A stretch of DNA of 64,000 nucleotides from Eledone cirrhosa (Eukaryota), in contig OZ024740.1 of NCBI GenBank assembly GCA_964016885.1, positions 209,994,001 through 210,058,000 of the forward strand, written 5' to 3'. Position numbers and translations under genes: made by a program. The notes beneath the pieces are model-generated. The model worked only from the letters and a program-made list of their open reading frames with translations. It searched no databases and was not told the DNA's origin. The number at the start of each line of letters is the position of its first letter. Positions within the stretch are counted from its first letter, which is position 1. Below, piece by piece: positions 1-12,309 of the stretch.

Positions 1-285
1 TAATGTGGAATATTTTACATTTCCATGATAAAATATTCACACTGTGTTAAAGATTCTAAAACCTAATGTATGCATACACACATGCAAGCATATACACATA
101 CATATTTACATGCATATATACATATATATAGATCAGGATTTTACCAGTTTTATACTAGTAAGACCATTCATTATTCAGCAGAGTACTCGATACTTAGGAT
201 AGTAGAGTGTAACTATATTAGAGAGAGTTGGGACCTAACGGCTGAGCTCTTGCCGTTTTGACAGCTAATTCCATATATATATATC

Positions 286-610
286 ACTGTAAAGTGGTCG
301 TGACAGCGACACAGCAAAAAAACGCCCAGCCCACACTATAAAGTGATTGTGTAGGTGTCATGGCAGAAAGCACCCACTCCATGCTATGAAGTGGTTGTGT
401 AGGTATCACGACGTAAAGCAGCCAGGACTCACTGGAAATGCTCTAAGAAGGGTATCCAGCTGTAGAAACCAAGCCAAAATTGGTTCTGTACGAGCAAGAC
501 ATGGTCACCTGATCTGGCAATGTTCACAACAGGATAACTCGTCTAACCCATGCCAGTGTGGAAAAATGGATGTTAAATGTAGATGATGAGGATGATGATG
601 CTGATGATGA
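286..610 (+). mobile_element. RTE 3'UTR copy
   Basis: AAGGGTATCCAGCTGTAGAAACC ... CCCATGCCAGTGTGGAAAA, then (GAT)n. Confidence 0.75.
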
Positions 611-904
611 TATATACACCATCATCATCATTGTTTAATGTTCATTTTTTATGCTAGACAGGTTGTTCCGTTTGAAGCAAGTTGGGTCAGGTGACCACGT
701 CTTGCTCATACAGAACAGTTTCTGGCTTGGTTTCTACAGCTGGATGCTCTTTCTAATGCCAACCACATTTACAGAGTGGACTGGGTACTTTTTGTAGTGA
801 TATATACGGAAATATATATATGTATGTTAAAAGACATTGTTATATCTTTGACTAAATAAAATAGTTTAATAATAACGGGGTGTATAAGCCTTCTGAAGAT
901 ATAT

Positions 905-1168
905 ATCATCATCATCATCATCATTATCATCGTTTAATGTCTATCTTCCATGCTAACATGGGTTAAACGGGAGTTGTCCCAATTTGAGGCAAGATTGGTT
1001 GGGTGACCGAGTCTCGCTTGTATAGGAATATCTTGCAGGTTTTCTATGGTTGGATGCCCTTCCTAAAACCAATCACATTTACAGTGTGGACTGGGAACTT
1101 TTTACCGTGTTACCTACACGGCCACATTACAGCGTGGACTGTGTATTTTTTTGTTGTGACTCCGACAC
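905..1168 (-). mobile_element. RTE 3'UTR copy
   Basis: (CAT)n + CGTTTAATGTC...GGATGCCCTTCCTAA. Confidence 0.78.
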
Positions 1169-1175
1169 GATATAT

Positions 1176-1242
<67 letters not shown>

Positions 1243-1480
1243 CCTACATCAAGGATCAACTAAGCACCCTTGCTATATTAACGCATTTTGATCTGCTTAA
1301 CTTCAAGAACTACGCCTGTATTATTTTTTCTTTCACATTGACTTTTTATGCTCCACATTACGCCCCTTTTATTCTTTTTTCTTTTCACTTCATAAACCTT
1401 GTTTGTAAATAACATTATTCTTTCTGCACCATTTCTTTAACATGTGCAACACCACCATTCTACACCACTGCATATCACTA

Positions 1481-1519
1481 TCATTTGATAATGCATAAAA
1501 ATGCTGAAACCGGTAATAG
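1481..1519 (+). ncRNA. Eroded minimal hammerhead with U3-A8 core
   Basis: AT TTGATAA T-GCAT AAAA ATGC-T GAAA CCGG TA AT; stem I is only ~2 bp. Confidence 0.45.
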
Positions 1520-1749
1520 ACAATTATTAAATATATAAATAGATAAATAAATGCCATTGTTAATTAATAAATAAATCAACTAATACCTTAACACTTCACA
1601 CAAAGTAAAATATTTCGTTTTAATCATATTCTAACACAGAAAAAAGAGAGAAGGAAATAAAAAGGGAAAAAAATATATTTTTCTTCCTAATAATCATCTC
1701 TTTCTCCCTGTTTTCATATATATATATAATTCAACAACAATATGAAGTA

Positions 1750-2808
1750 TTTTAAGGCCATCTTCCTTAGAAAAAAGGAGCTAGTCTTACAGGCCCCATG
1801 ATAAACTTAATTTTTCACTATTGTCTGTATCTCCCCTCACCATTTACTCCTCCATTTTTAGCCATGTCTTTCTTGGTCTTCCACTTCCTTTACTTTCTTC
1901 TACATTCATTTCTGTTACTCCTTCACCCAGTCACTTTCATCCTTCCTCAACACATGATCCAACCATCTCATTCCATTTCTCTTCACTACATTCATCATTG
2001 GCTCTTTTCCTCTTACCCACTCACTTTCATCCTTCCTCAACACATGACCCAATCTGGGATAAGGGTAGTCATCTCCCAATCCTCTGGAATACTGTCACCT
2101 TCACCACCAATCTACAGAACTCTCTATTTCCCTTCACACTCCAGCTTCCTGCTGCCTTTAACATATCTACCACAACTCCCGTCTTCCCGCCTGCCCTATC
2201 ACTCTTCATTTTTCTCAATTCTTTCTCCACTTCTTCTCCAACTATCTTCTCTGCTTGTCTGATAATTGGATTGCTATATATGTAGCCATCCCCTTTGTTC
2301 TCCACATTCATCTCTCCATATATCTTTTCTACCTTTTCTTAATTCCATCTGAACCTACAACAATTTCTCCCAATTCATCCTTCAAGCAGTTCACCCCTGG
2401 CACATCACATCTTTCACTTACTAACTGCCTCACAATCATAAACATTTTTCTCTGATCCTGCTCTGAATCCATTTTTCTCTAAATCTTTTTTTATGTGCCT
2501 CTTGTGTTCTTGCAACTTTTTTCTAAGCAACACCTCTTAGCTGCCTTGTAACCCTGATGTGCTGTCTCTTTTGCTATTATTCCCCTCACTCTCTGCCATT
2601 TTATGAATTTTCACCTTTTCTTGCCATTCTTCTTTCCAACTTCATCACCTCACCACGATGTTATCAAGTGCCTTGGTAGTCCTTTTGTCCATCCATACAC
2701 ATCTTCCAAACACTCACAAGTTCATTTCTGTCATCTAACTTACTTAGTTTCTTTCTTGGAGCCTCATTACTGTTGCTTTATTTAACCTCCACACCTTCAG
2801 CCTTGTTT
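1750..2808 (-). pseudogene. Degenerate RTE-clade LINE remnant with the RT core deleted
   Basis: EEVEKELRKMKSDRAGGKTG..MLKAAG and IPEDW are joined directly to WLDHVLRKDE and GRPRKTW. Confidence 0.7.
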
Positions 2809-4680
2809 GATATATATATATATATATATATAACTTTTCCCTATAAGTGTTTTTTGACTCATTCAAATATCTGATAGTATTATTTTTTTTTTTTATCAAT
2901 GAAACCTTAGATTCTTCTGTCTGATCCATTTATTTCAAATGTAGGGAAGGAATAAAGTTCTGGCACTGAGCCATCTGTATCTAAGGACAACTATAAAGAC
3001 AGCTAATCAAATATAAGTTTGATATAAGTTAAATATAACCAAATCTTTGTTAACAGCATCATGAATGTTTTATTTATTTTTGTAATAACAGCTTCATGTT
3101 ATACAACCCCAAAATGAAGAATCATAAACTATGTTATCTAAGTGATTTTTTTATCAATGTTAGAGATGTAAAGTGATGTTTTAATTATGTTAGAGATGTA
3201 AATAAGACAATTTTATTGTAACCCTGGGAAATGTTGGCAATATCCCAAGTCACAGCATTAATGAGGTTGGAAAATATTACATTTTTCATAAGTTTATCAT
3301 GATAAGTCTATCTTTCCTCCTTTAACTTGGCCATATAAGAGAGTGGGGTCAGACAGTACATCAATTTGGGGCCTATAGAGCCAAGGAAGGGCACATGAAT
3401 ATTTGATCCCTACCCTTAAGAAAAACTCCCAGCCCCTTTGAATTCTGACAAGAACTCTCCCCATCCTACCCTGAGAGTCTGAGAGCAGTCTTGTTTTACC
3501 TTGCAAAATATCTCTGAGAAATCTTGCTTTCAACTGATTCATGTTGTTATCATAACACCTCTTAAACTGAAATCATTGTTCAGGGAAATTACAAATGTTT
3601 TAAGGTTATTTTCTTTGCTATCCTAAAGCAGGAGTTAGCCATTGGACTCCATGACATGGAGTCAAGGTTTTACAGTCAGATACTCATCTTGGTGCTAACC
3701 TTTTTAGTCACTTCTTACATCATACAGGAATACAATGTACCTATTCTAAACTAGGTACACACAGTATTGATCAAGGAATATATTGGGACTAAATTACCCA
3801 CAAAGCCATACTTGTAGCTAGTGAAATTTTGTTAATAAATTTGTTCTGGAATTTGCCATTGAGACATTTGATTTTTTGCTTGATTCTACAGATTATGTTT
3901 GAGTCTTGCAGACATTGTTTATAAATTTAATTTCTTTGGGACTCTTTAATTCTTTTGATCTAAAACTACCTGAAAGTGTCCTGGTTCCATTATACAAAAC
4001 TGTTTATATTAAAATATTTATCATTAACATCCTCCTCATCATTATCACCATCAATTTTTTTTACATCCTCTTTCCCATGCTGACATGGGTTACATGATCT
4101 TTTGAGGCAATATTTTACAGCCAGATGCCCTTTCTGATACCATCCCTTTTAGTCACCTCTTACGACACACAAGGATACAATCTATCTAATGTTTATATCT
4201 ATCTAAAAGCCTTTCATAATAGATTTATGTAAGAGCCTTTGTTAATTCCAAACACCAATATAATAATGAGAAAGTTAATTATATTAAATCTCTCTAAATT
4301 TTTCATTATATAAAACATTATTTGCCTTTCAATAAAAATATAGTAATAAAAGTGTTAAATTGCTTACTTAATGATATTGTTCATCAACAGAAAGTTGATG
4401 GTTACACCCTTAAAATCCCTTGTGCATTTGTTATCATTAATAAGCCTTCATCAAAATGATAGGACTAACACCTCGTTAACATGTACCTCATATGAACCTA
4501 TATTTTTTGTCTAGATAATCCAAACAACATTTCTAGGTAAATAGTTATTTGTGGAAACAACATGAAATTTTCACTGGATTAGTTTTACTGAAGAAGAAGA
4601 AAAAAAGAAAAAAAAAGAGAGAGAGAGAAATGAAAAGAGATAAGAAGTTGGCTGCGGAGTTATTTGAAGACAGTAAATGT

Positions 4681-4730
<50 letters not shown>

Positions 4731-4846
4731 TCATCATCATCATCTTCTTCGTTTAACGTCCATCTTCCACGCTAGCATGGGTTAGATGTATATATATAAT
4801 AAGGGAACAAAGAATCAGTGTTTTATCATATGCATATCTAATTATA

Positions 4847-4932
4847 TATTACATATGTTTCACTGTCGATCAGCTCGAGGAACGATTGATTAATGATTGA
4901 TCTTGACTCTGGAATCGGAAGCTCCTCAGATA
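4847..4932 (-). ncRNA. Type I hammerhead with a long stem II
   Basis: Minus strand: TAT CTGAGGA GCTTCCGATT...GATCGACAGT GAAA CATATG TA ATA; palindromic stem III ACATATGT. Confidence 0.6.
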
Positions 4933-5118
4933 AGTGGTCACATGTAGACTCGCGAGCACCGAGTGCTCATCTTGGCATACTGCCTACAGACATAATTAAT
5001 TTGCACCTCTAATACCTATATATATATATGTGTGTGTATATATATGTGTGTGTGTGCATGTGTATAAATATATATATATATTTATATATATATATAAGTG
5101 TGTGTGTATGTGTGTATG

Positions 5119-5157
<39 letters not shown>

Positions 5158-5220
5158 ATATATGTGTGTGTGTATGTGTATCTATATATATGTGTGTGTG
5201 TATATATATATGTGTGTGTG

Positions 5221-5258
<38 letters not shown>

Positions 5259-5260
<2 letters not shown>

Positions 5261-5394
5261 GTTTTAATATAGATGAGATTATACAGGACTAGAACTGTTT
5301 CATTCTTTAGAAATCATCAGGAATCCCATGATTCCTGATGATTTCTAAAGAATGAAACAGTTCTAGTCCTGTAGAATCTCATCTATATTAAAAC
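5259..5394. repeat. Near-perfect palindrome (~65-bp arms, 4-nt loop)
   Basis: AGTTTTAATATAGATGAGATT...GGAATC ccat GATTCC...AATCTCATCTATATTAAAACT. Confidence 0.92.
5330..5378 (+). ncRNA. Type I hammerhead ribozyme (inverted copy on - at 5277-5325)
   Basis: Stem I GATTC/GAATC, CTGATGA, T-TTC TAAA GAA-T, GAAA, stem III ACAG/CTGT, GUA triplet. Confidence 0.75.
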
Positions 5395-6007
5395 TTTCAT
5401 ACTCTGCAATGTATTGAGTACCTTACTTACTGTGGTTACCTCCGACTCAACCCGGAATAACGTACCGTATATATATATATATATATATGTGTGTGTTTGT
5501 GTATGTATATATATATATAATAGAATAATCGAGTATCGGAAAATCAGCTCACGAATTAACGATAAACAAATCCGATATGAGTGGCAGAGGGCTCAATAAT
5601 TTAGATAAATCAGACATATATATATATATTTTGATAGATCCCTGGTCTGCCTGGGAGATCAGTGGCTCCACTTCAGTACTGACAATTGCTATCAGGGAAA
5701 GCGGAGATTAAAATGAATACATTTAGGTAACTACCATGTTAAGTGAAAACAAATTGTGCTTTTTAATTTTCGTCAAAGCCGGTCATAAAATCGCTCAGTT
5801 TGCAAATGAGGCTAATCAGCTGATGTATACATTGAGAATACTATGTATTCTCAGCAGTTTCAGTTGGTAGCAGTAACGAGCAGAATACTCCAAAACAATT
5901 GTGAATTGTTGATTGTTTCTCTCAGCTGCTGCTGGAACAAAAGGATAACACTGTCATCTAACATGCCGTGTTTATGAGGCTGTTTATTTGTAAACAAACT
6001 GGATATT

Positions 6008-6208
6008 AATAATTATTTCTACTTTTGGCACAAGGCCAGCAATTACCCCAGTGCATTACTGGTACTTTTAGTTTATCGACCCCGTAAGGATGAAAAGCAA
6101 AGTTAACCTCAGCGGCATTTGAACTCAAACCGTAAAGTGCCGTAACTTGCAAATGTAATGTTGCAAAGCATGGTGTCCGACCCTCTACCGATACTGCCAA
6201 TCCAACCA
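6008..6208 (-). mobile_element. tRNA-derived CORE SINE
   Basis: Reverse complement of the consensus; ATATTAATAAT duplicated at both ends. Confidence 0.85.
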
Positions 6209-6294
6209 AATATTAATAATATTGTGATATTATTATTATATCATTATTATTCCCTCACACTAATATATTATCGAAGCTGAAGCATATAGACAAT

Positions 6295-6584
6295 ATGCCC
6301 CCACATCCTCCCACTGCAAAGTGGAGGTGCCACGGCAAAAAAGCATGCAGCCCACACTGTAAAGTGGACGTGTAGGTGCCATGGAAAACAAGCACCCAGC
6401 ACTCACTGTAAATGAGGTTGGTGTTAGGAAGGGCATCCAGCTGTAGAAATCAAGCCAGAATCAGTTACCGTATGAGCAAGACAAGGTCAGCCGACCGGAC
6501 ACTGCCCACAACAGGACAACCTTTTCTAACGCATGCTAGCGTGGAAGAACGGATGTAAAACGGTGATGATGATGATGATGATGA

Positions 6585-6588
<4 letters not shown>
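6295..6588 (+). mobile_element. RTE 3'UTR copy
   Basis: Same UTR; the (GAT)n tail runs into (TA)n. Near-identical inverse copy at 35080-35310. Confidence 0.8.
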
Positions 6589-6612
<24 letters not shown>

Positions 6613-6620
<8 letters not shown>

Positions 6621-7045
6621 ATACTTTGGGAGGGTCATGTTGCCAATAAGAAACACACGCACCAGTTGCTTTCACTCCAATTTATTATAAATTAAATTTA
6701 TAAATTTAAGAATTTATAAATTTCTGGTTGGTTGGTTCCACAAGCGGACGATTGTTTATATATTGTAACACATGCACAAACGAAACACACAACACACACA
6801 AAAACAAGATGGAGTAGGACAGAACAAAGGAGAGGCACAAAACAAAGAGATGAATCCCCAGTCACTGAAGAGGTCACAGAATGTGTGACGAAAGAACTTT
6901 GACAATATATGAACAACCGTCCGGTTGTGGAACCAACCAACCAACCCGAAATTTATAAATTCTTAAATTTATAATAAATTGGAGTGAAAACAACTGGTGC
7001 GTGTGTTTCTTATTGGCAACATGACCCACCGAAAGTATAACAATA
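6613..7045. repeat. Inverted repeat, ~150-bp arms
   Basis: 6613-6776 is the reverse complement of 6901-7045. Confidence 0.92.
6861..6903 (+). ncRNA. Minimal type I hammerhead
   Basis: GTCA CTGAAGA G GTCAC-AGAATGT-GTGAC GAAA GAAC TT TGAC; one extra nt after A9 and a weak stem III. Confidence 0.65.
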
Positions 7046-7100
7046 TCGGTTTCAACACACGTTTTCAGATAAAGAATCTTGCTAAACAAATTCAGAAACG

Positions 7101-7174
<74 letters not shown>

Positions 7175-7382
7175 TACTGTTGACCATGTTATTCTTCACT
7201 TTTTCAATATTACTCCAAGATAAACTTACATAGGAATACAAGTGAAATCATAAACTCGCCACCTACGTAAACCCCTTGTTGAGTCAAACAACGCCGTACG
7301 CTAAAACTACCCATAATACGAAGTATTCACAACCTCTAACTGGATTACCTATAATGATATTTTCTTATCCCTTATATATATA

Positions 7383-7811
7383 TCATCATCATCATCATCA
7401 TCGTTTAACGTCCATATTCCGCGCTTGCATGGGTTTGGACGGGAGTTTTCCCACTTGTGGCAAGAGTGGTTGTCTTGCTCGCATAGGACTGTCTGGTGGA
7501 TTTTCTACGGCTGGATGCCCTTCCTAACACCAACCACATTTACAGTGTGGAACTGGAAGGTTTTTACCGTGTTACCTACACGGCCACATTACAGTGTGGA
7601 CTGTGTGTTTTTTTTGTCGTGACACCTACACAACCTCATTTGTTTCGGGCTGGATGTTGTGGTACCAACATAACTTTACATTGAAAGGGGTGATGTGGAT
7701 GGGGTGAGGGTAGTGGGACTGGGGTGTATTTTGTTAGAGGTGCCTACTGACTGTAGTAGGTTTTACTTTGTACTTAGGTAAGGCGGGTCTTCTCTATTAC
7801 TGTGTAGCGCC
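7383..7811 (-). mobile_element. RTE 3'UTR copy
   Basis: Near-identical to 21690-22095. Confidence 0.85.
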
Positions 7812-7844
7812 AAATATATATATATATTTTGTTTCATTTTTTCC

Positions 7845-7885
<41 letters not shown>

Positions 7886-7886
<1 letters not shown>

Positions 7887-8069
7887 GAAATTTAGTAGTA
7901 ATAGAAGCTTTCACCATATTTTTGACAAAAGAAATTTTAGCCTGATATTGGGGTTTAGTACCCTCTAAGAAATGGAAAAGGATGAGTATTGACGTACACG
8001 TCAATACTCATCCTTTCTAAACCCCAATATCAGGCTAAAATTTCTTTTGTCAAAAATATGGTGAAAGCT
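7886..8069. repeat. Palindromic element; second family copy at 40076-40241
   Basis: Arms meet at GACGT-AC-ACGTC; both copies share the 3' extension TTTCAAACTT(T)GCTCGCTG. Confidence 0.88.
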
Positions 8070-8379
8070 TCTATTTCTACTAAATTTCAAACTTTGCTCG
8101 CTGTTTCAAAACAAACTTATATATGTGCACACATCTGTGTGTTATATATATATACACACATACATATATATATATATAACACACACAGACATGTGCGCAT
8201 ACACACACAGACATGTGCGCATACACACACACACATATACATGTGTTTGTGTGTGTAAAAGAGAAAATAAGGATAGATGTAATATTGTAACATAAAAGCC
8301 TGTTAGATAAGAAGATTGTAAGACAAAATTATTTTACCCACATTGCTTTGTGAAGTTGACACCGTTCTTAGAATTAACA

Positions 8380-8415
8380 ACTTACCTGTAAAAGAAAGAA
8401 AACAATACATTAGCC
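8380..8415 (-). promoter_or_regulatory. Candidate recursive splice site (branch point + polypyrimidine tract + CAG|GTAAGT)
   Basis: Minus strand: GGCTAATGTATTGTTTTCTTTCTTTTACAG|GTAAGT. Confidence 0.55.
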
Positions 8416-8448
8416 TTACATTATAGTATATTATTAATATTAATATAA

Positions 8449-8685
8449 AGAGCAGTGTGCTCATGTGAAGAGATGGTATAAACTAGCTTATAAAATAGAG
8501 TGAAGACCCTTAAAGACGGGAAAAGGAGTTGCCATTGGCTACCTCAAGGAATTGAACCTCGTTTCTCCCATGATTCCTTGTAGCAGCTGATGTCAACTTC
8601 TTTTATCATCTTTAAAGGTATTCACCTTATTTTATAAATTATTTTATAGCATCTCCATGCATGAGCACACCCTTCTTTATATTAA
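8449..8685. repeat. Diverged palindrome, ~100-bp arms
   Basis: TTAATATAAAGA..GTGTGCTCATG ... CATGAGCACAC..TCTTTATATTAA. Confidence 0.8.
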
Positions 8686-8750
8686 CTTTATCCCCTCAGT
8701 ACTTTGTAAAAGTCTGAGAGATCAGCTATGTATATATGATGTTTGACTAC

Positions 8751-8927
8751 AATAATTGTTTCTACTTTTTTGGCACAAGGCCAGCAATTATCTCAGTACA
8801 TTACTGGTACTTTATTTTATCGACCCCGTAAGGATGACAGACAAAGTTAACCTCGGCGGGAATTGAACTCAGATCGTAAAGGGACGTAACTATGTTGGAA
8901 AGCATATCCGACCCTCTACCGATACTG
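8751..8927 (-). mobile_element. tRNA-derived CORE SINE
   Basis: Reverse complement of the consensus. Confidence 0.82.
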
Positions 8928-9504
8928 ATATTATTATTACTCACTGGTCTCTTTATGTCTCTTGAGACCATGATTTGGAATCTGAAAAGTTCTTCTTTAA
9001 AACTTAACATCCTGCAATGATTTAACATAAAATATCTAAAATCGGGCTTGTAAATTCAAATGTGAAAATTTGCAGTAAACTGAAGTAGTGACTTGAATTT
9101 TTAATGTAATGTAGTTTCATATGCTACATGATGTTAAGAGTTAAAGTAAAGGCCCAGGCAAGGATTTTGTAGAAGATCAGCAGTCACCCATGCATGCAAG
9201 TTACACCTCTCCCTGCCTCTGATATTACCTATGGAAAAGACAAAGGCTAATTTAGCTTGGCTCCAGTGTCACTGCAAATAAATTTAAAACTCAAAGGGCT
9301 GAATGAAATACTGCAAGGCATCACTCGATGCTCTAACAATTCCATTAATTCACTGCCCTAGACTGATACTTTATTTATCGACTCTGAAAGGATTAAAGGC
9401 AAAGTTAACTCTGGCAGAGTTGAATCTGGAACAGATACCTCAAAACATTTAATGCTGCAGAAACTTTGCCAATTTGCTATATTGATTGGCAGAGACTTTA
9501 GAGT

Positions 9505-9785
9505 GGAGGCATGTGGCTTAGTGGTTAGAGTGTTGGCCTTACAATCATAATGGCATGGGGTTCAATTCCTGGACTGAGTTGTGCATTGAGTTCATGAGCG
9601 AAACACTTCATTTCATGTTGCTCCAGTATACTCAGCTGAAAATGAGTACCAGCAATAGCGGGGGGGTTTAACCTTGCCATGGACAGATGTCCTGTCTAGG
9701 GGGAAGTCTTATACTCTCAGCTACTTAACACCATGGAAACTTGGATAAGCACTGGCCTGAGGAGCATCCAAGCTTGAGTCAGACT
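9505..9785 (+). mobile_element. Second tRNA-SINE family (CORE-like + V-like domains)
   Basis: TGGCTTAGTGGTTAG / GGTTCAATTCC head, GAGCGAAACACTT core, AACCTTGCCATGGACAGATGTCCTGTCTAGGGG. Related heads at 35335-35480 (-) and 49930-50060 (-). Confidence 0.72.
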
Positions 9786-10002
9786 TTAGAGAGAGTTCTT
9801 AAAGCATTGAATAAATACCTAGCAGTAATTTTTTCAGTTCCTTAACTTCTACTTTGTCTTTAAACTTTACCTTTCACCCTTCTGGAGTTCATAAAATAAA
9901 GTAACAGTCATGTACTGAGGTTGGTATAATCAATTTTTCCCTTCCATCAAAACCTTCAGGAACAAATTAAGTTTGTGAATCAAGGTTACACTATATTAGG
10001 GT

Positions 10003-10222
10003 GTTGGATTGTCAGTATCAGTTTAGCATCTGACAACATGCTTGACGGCATATAGTTGTGTCCCTTTTCATTCGGATTTCAGATCTCACTGAGGTTAGCT
10101 TTGCCTTTTATCCTTACGACATCAATAAAATAAAGTACCAGTAAGGTACTGGGGTCGATTTTATTGACTTTTACCTTTCCTTCAAATTGCTGGCCATGTG
10201 CCTAAAGTAGAAACAGTTATTA
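10003..10222 (+). mobile_element. tRNA-derived CORE SINE
   Basis: Long-tail form. Confidence 0.78.
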
Positions 10223-11187
10223 TTTAATGGCTTGGTCTGCAGAAGGGGTGCCCAAGACCATAAGTTTCCCACTTCTCTGGGACTAGTTTGTCACATTTGT
10301 AAGTCATTAATATGCAGGAAAAATGTGGACAGGGAGTGGATTTTCCATTCTGCAAGAGGACGGATTCCAGATTCCACAGAGTAGCTAGTGCAGATTCTGG
10401 AAAATGGAGGTGGGTGATACAAAATAAGGATGACAACAGTAGAAGAATTTGGACAAAATTCCTTCCAATTAGTTACAAAACATTAAAATTCTTTACATGA
10501 ACAACAACCAGAAGCATATGACAACAAAAGCTACAGTAATATATACAACAATATGAAGTGGCTTACATAAAAAAATTGTACTATTTTAGATGTCATAACA
10601 TAAAGGTTAGATGAGCTAAAATAACAACAGCTGACAATAGGTCATGTGAAGTTTCCTGGAAAGCAAATATATATCACAAAGCATTATCACATTTGTTGTA
10701 TAAGCATAGATAGACTGTTTGTGTGTCAGCCTGTCTCACAAACTCTCAAATGATGGACTTCCATTGATTTTGACGATGAGTGTTCCAGCTGTGCAATCAA
10801 TGGAACAGTCTACTCATAAAATTAATGTGTATGTCTACCAGTGTTCCGCAGAGACGTGTACTCTTAACATAATTATTAAAGAGAATCAGCATTACATAGT
10901 GTGTGTTAAATTACAGGTGCAATCCATCTGACGGGATTCCAAGCAGTTTCAGTTTGCCCAATTTCACTCACAAGGCATGGGTTGACCTGAGGCTTTGGTA
11001 AATGACATTTGATAAGTATTTGGGTTGATATGATTGACTAAACCCTTCAAAGGCAGTACCCCAGCATGGCCACAGTCCAATGACTGAAATCAGTAAAAGA
11101 GTAAAACAAGTAACTAACACACAATTTTTGTAGCGTGTACATAGATTTGGAAAGTCTTTACACTACATCCCCCTCTCTCTTTCTTTC

Positions 11188-11240
<53 letters not shown>

Positions 11241-11257
11241 ACACACACTCACATACA

Positions 11258-12104
11258 TCTCTCTCTATATAAAATTATTTGTCTGTCTGTTCCTATGCAT
11301 TTTCAAACGGCTTGACCAAATCAAATCAAATTTTATAAGGTAATAGTATTAGATCCCGGGATTAACAACATGTAATTTTTATTTGATTTAAAACAATATA
11401 ACACTTTATCTAAAATAATCTAGCTATAGTCAACTATATTAAATTACACTACAACGATGACATCACATTTTGTATATGAGTGTGTATGTGTTTGTGAGTG
11501 TGTGTTTATACGTTTGTTATGTCTTAGGCCTTAGTAAGTTACATATATCTTCAAGTAAATATTTAATCAGATACACAAAGAATTAAACACACACACACAC
11601 ACCTACACATGTGATGACTGACAAGTAAATGTGTGTGAGTGTATGTGAGAGTGTATGTGTGTGTGAGTATAAATACATTTCTGTGACAAGGTGAAACTGT
11701 GTGTGTTTGTATGAATGTATGTCTGTGTGTTTTTTATAGGTTTGTGTGAGTGTATGTGTGTCTGTTCGTGGGTGAAATTCTTTATTCCAAAAATTTCTCT
11801 CATACCTACAGCTGTTCCATTTGAATTTAAGAGGCTTCAGTTTCCAGTCAAACTAAATTAACAAATCTCAGGGTCAATCCCTCGAGGTAGTTGGACTTGA
11901 TCTCTCTACTACATGTTTCTCCCACGGTCAACTCTATATTGGTTGCTCATGAGTTAGAAGCAGCAACAATTTATTCATTTGGACACCAACAAAAAATTAC
12001 GAATGAATATTGTTTACCCTGAGGTGCTTCAAGATTGACAGATTTTTATTTTTAAATTCTATTATCATTATAGTAACCCGGGCAACGCTGGGTCATTCAG
12101 CTAA
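11258..12104 (+). mobile_element. Non-autonomous Helitron retaining the helicase C-terminus
   Basis: TC start followed by (CTGT)n; 11780-12038 translates to FIPKISLIP..FEFKRLQFPVK / [29 protein letters not shown]; 3' hairpin ACCCGGGCAACGCTGGGT then CAGCTAA. Confidence 0.85.
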
Positions 12105-12167
12105 TATATATATAATCCTCATAGTTTAATACCTGATTACTCTGCTAGCATATATATATATATATAT

Positions 12168-12251
12168 ATATAAATATAAATATGACAAAGGAATTAATAT
12201 AAAAAAAGAGATGCTTAATATATGTGTTAAAGGTAATAAACACAAAACATT

Positions 12252-12309
<58 letters not shown>

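Noticed and set aside
5630-6003. Unique stretch with forkhead-like TGTTTATTTGTAAACA as an enhancer
   Set aside because: Cannot be supported without conservation or chromatin data.
9505-9580. tRNA gene
   Set aside because: A and B boxes belong to a SINE head; no complete cloverleaf.
10224-10500. Short ORFs in unique-looking sequence as host exons
   Set aside because: No recognisable domain or convincing splice-site pair.
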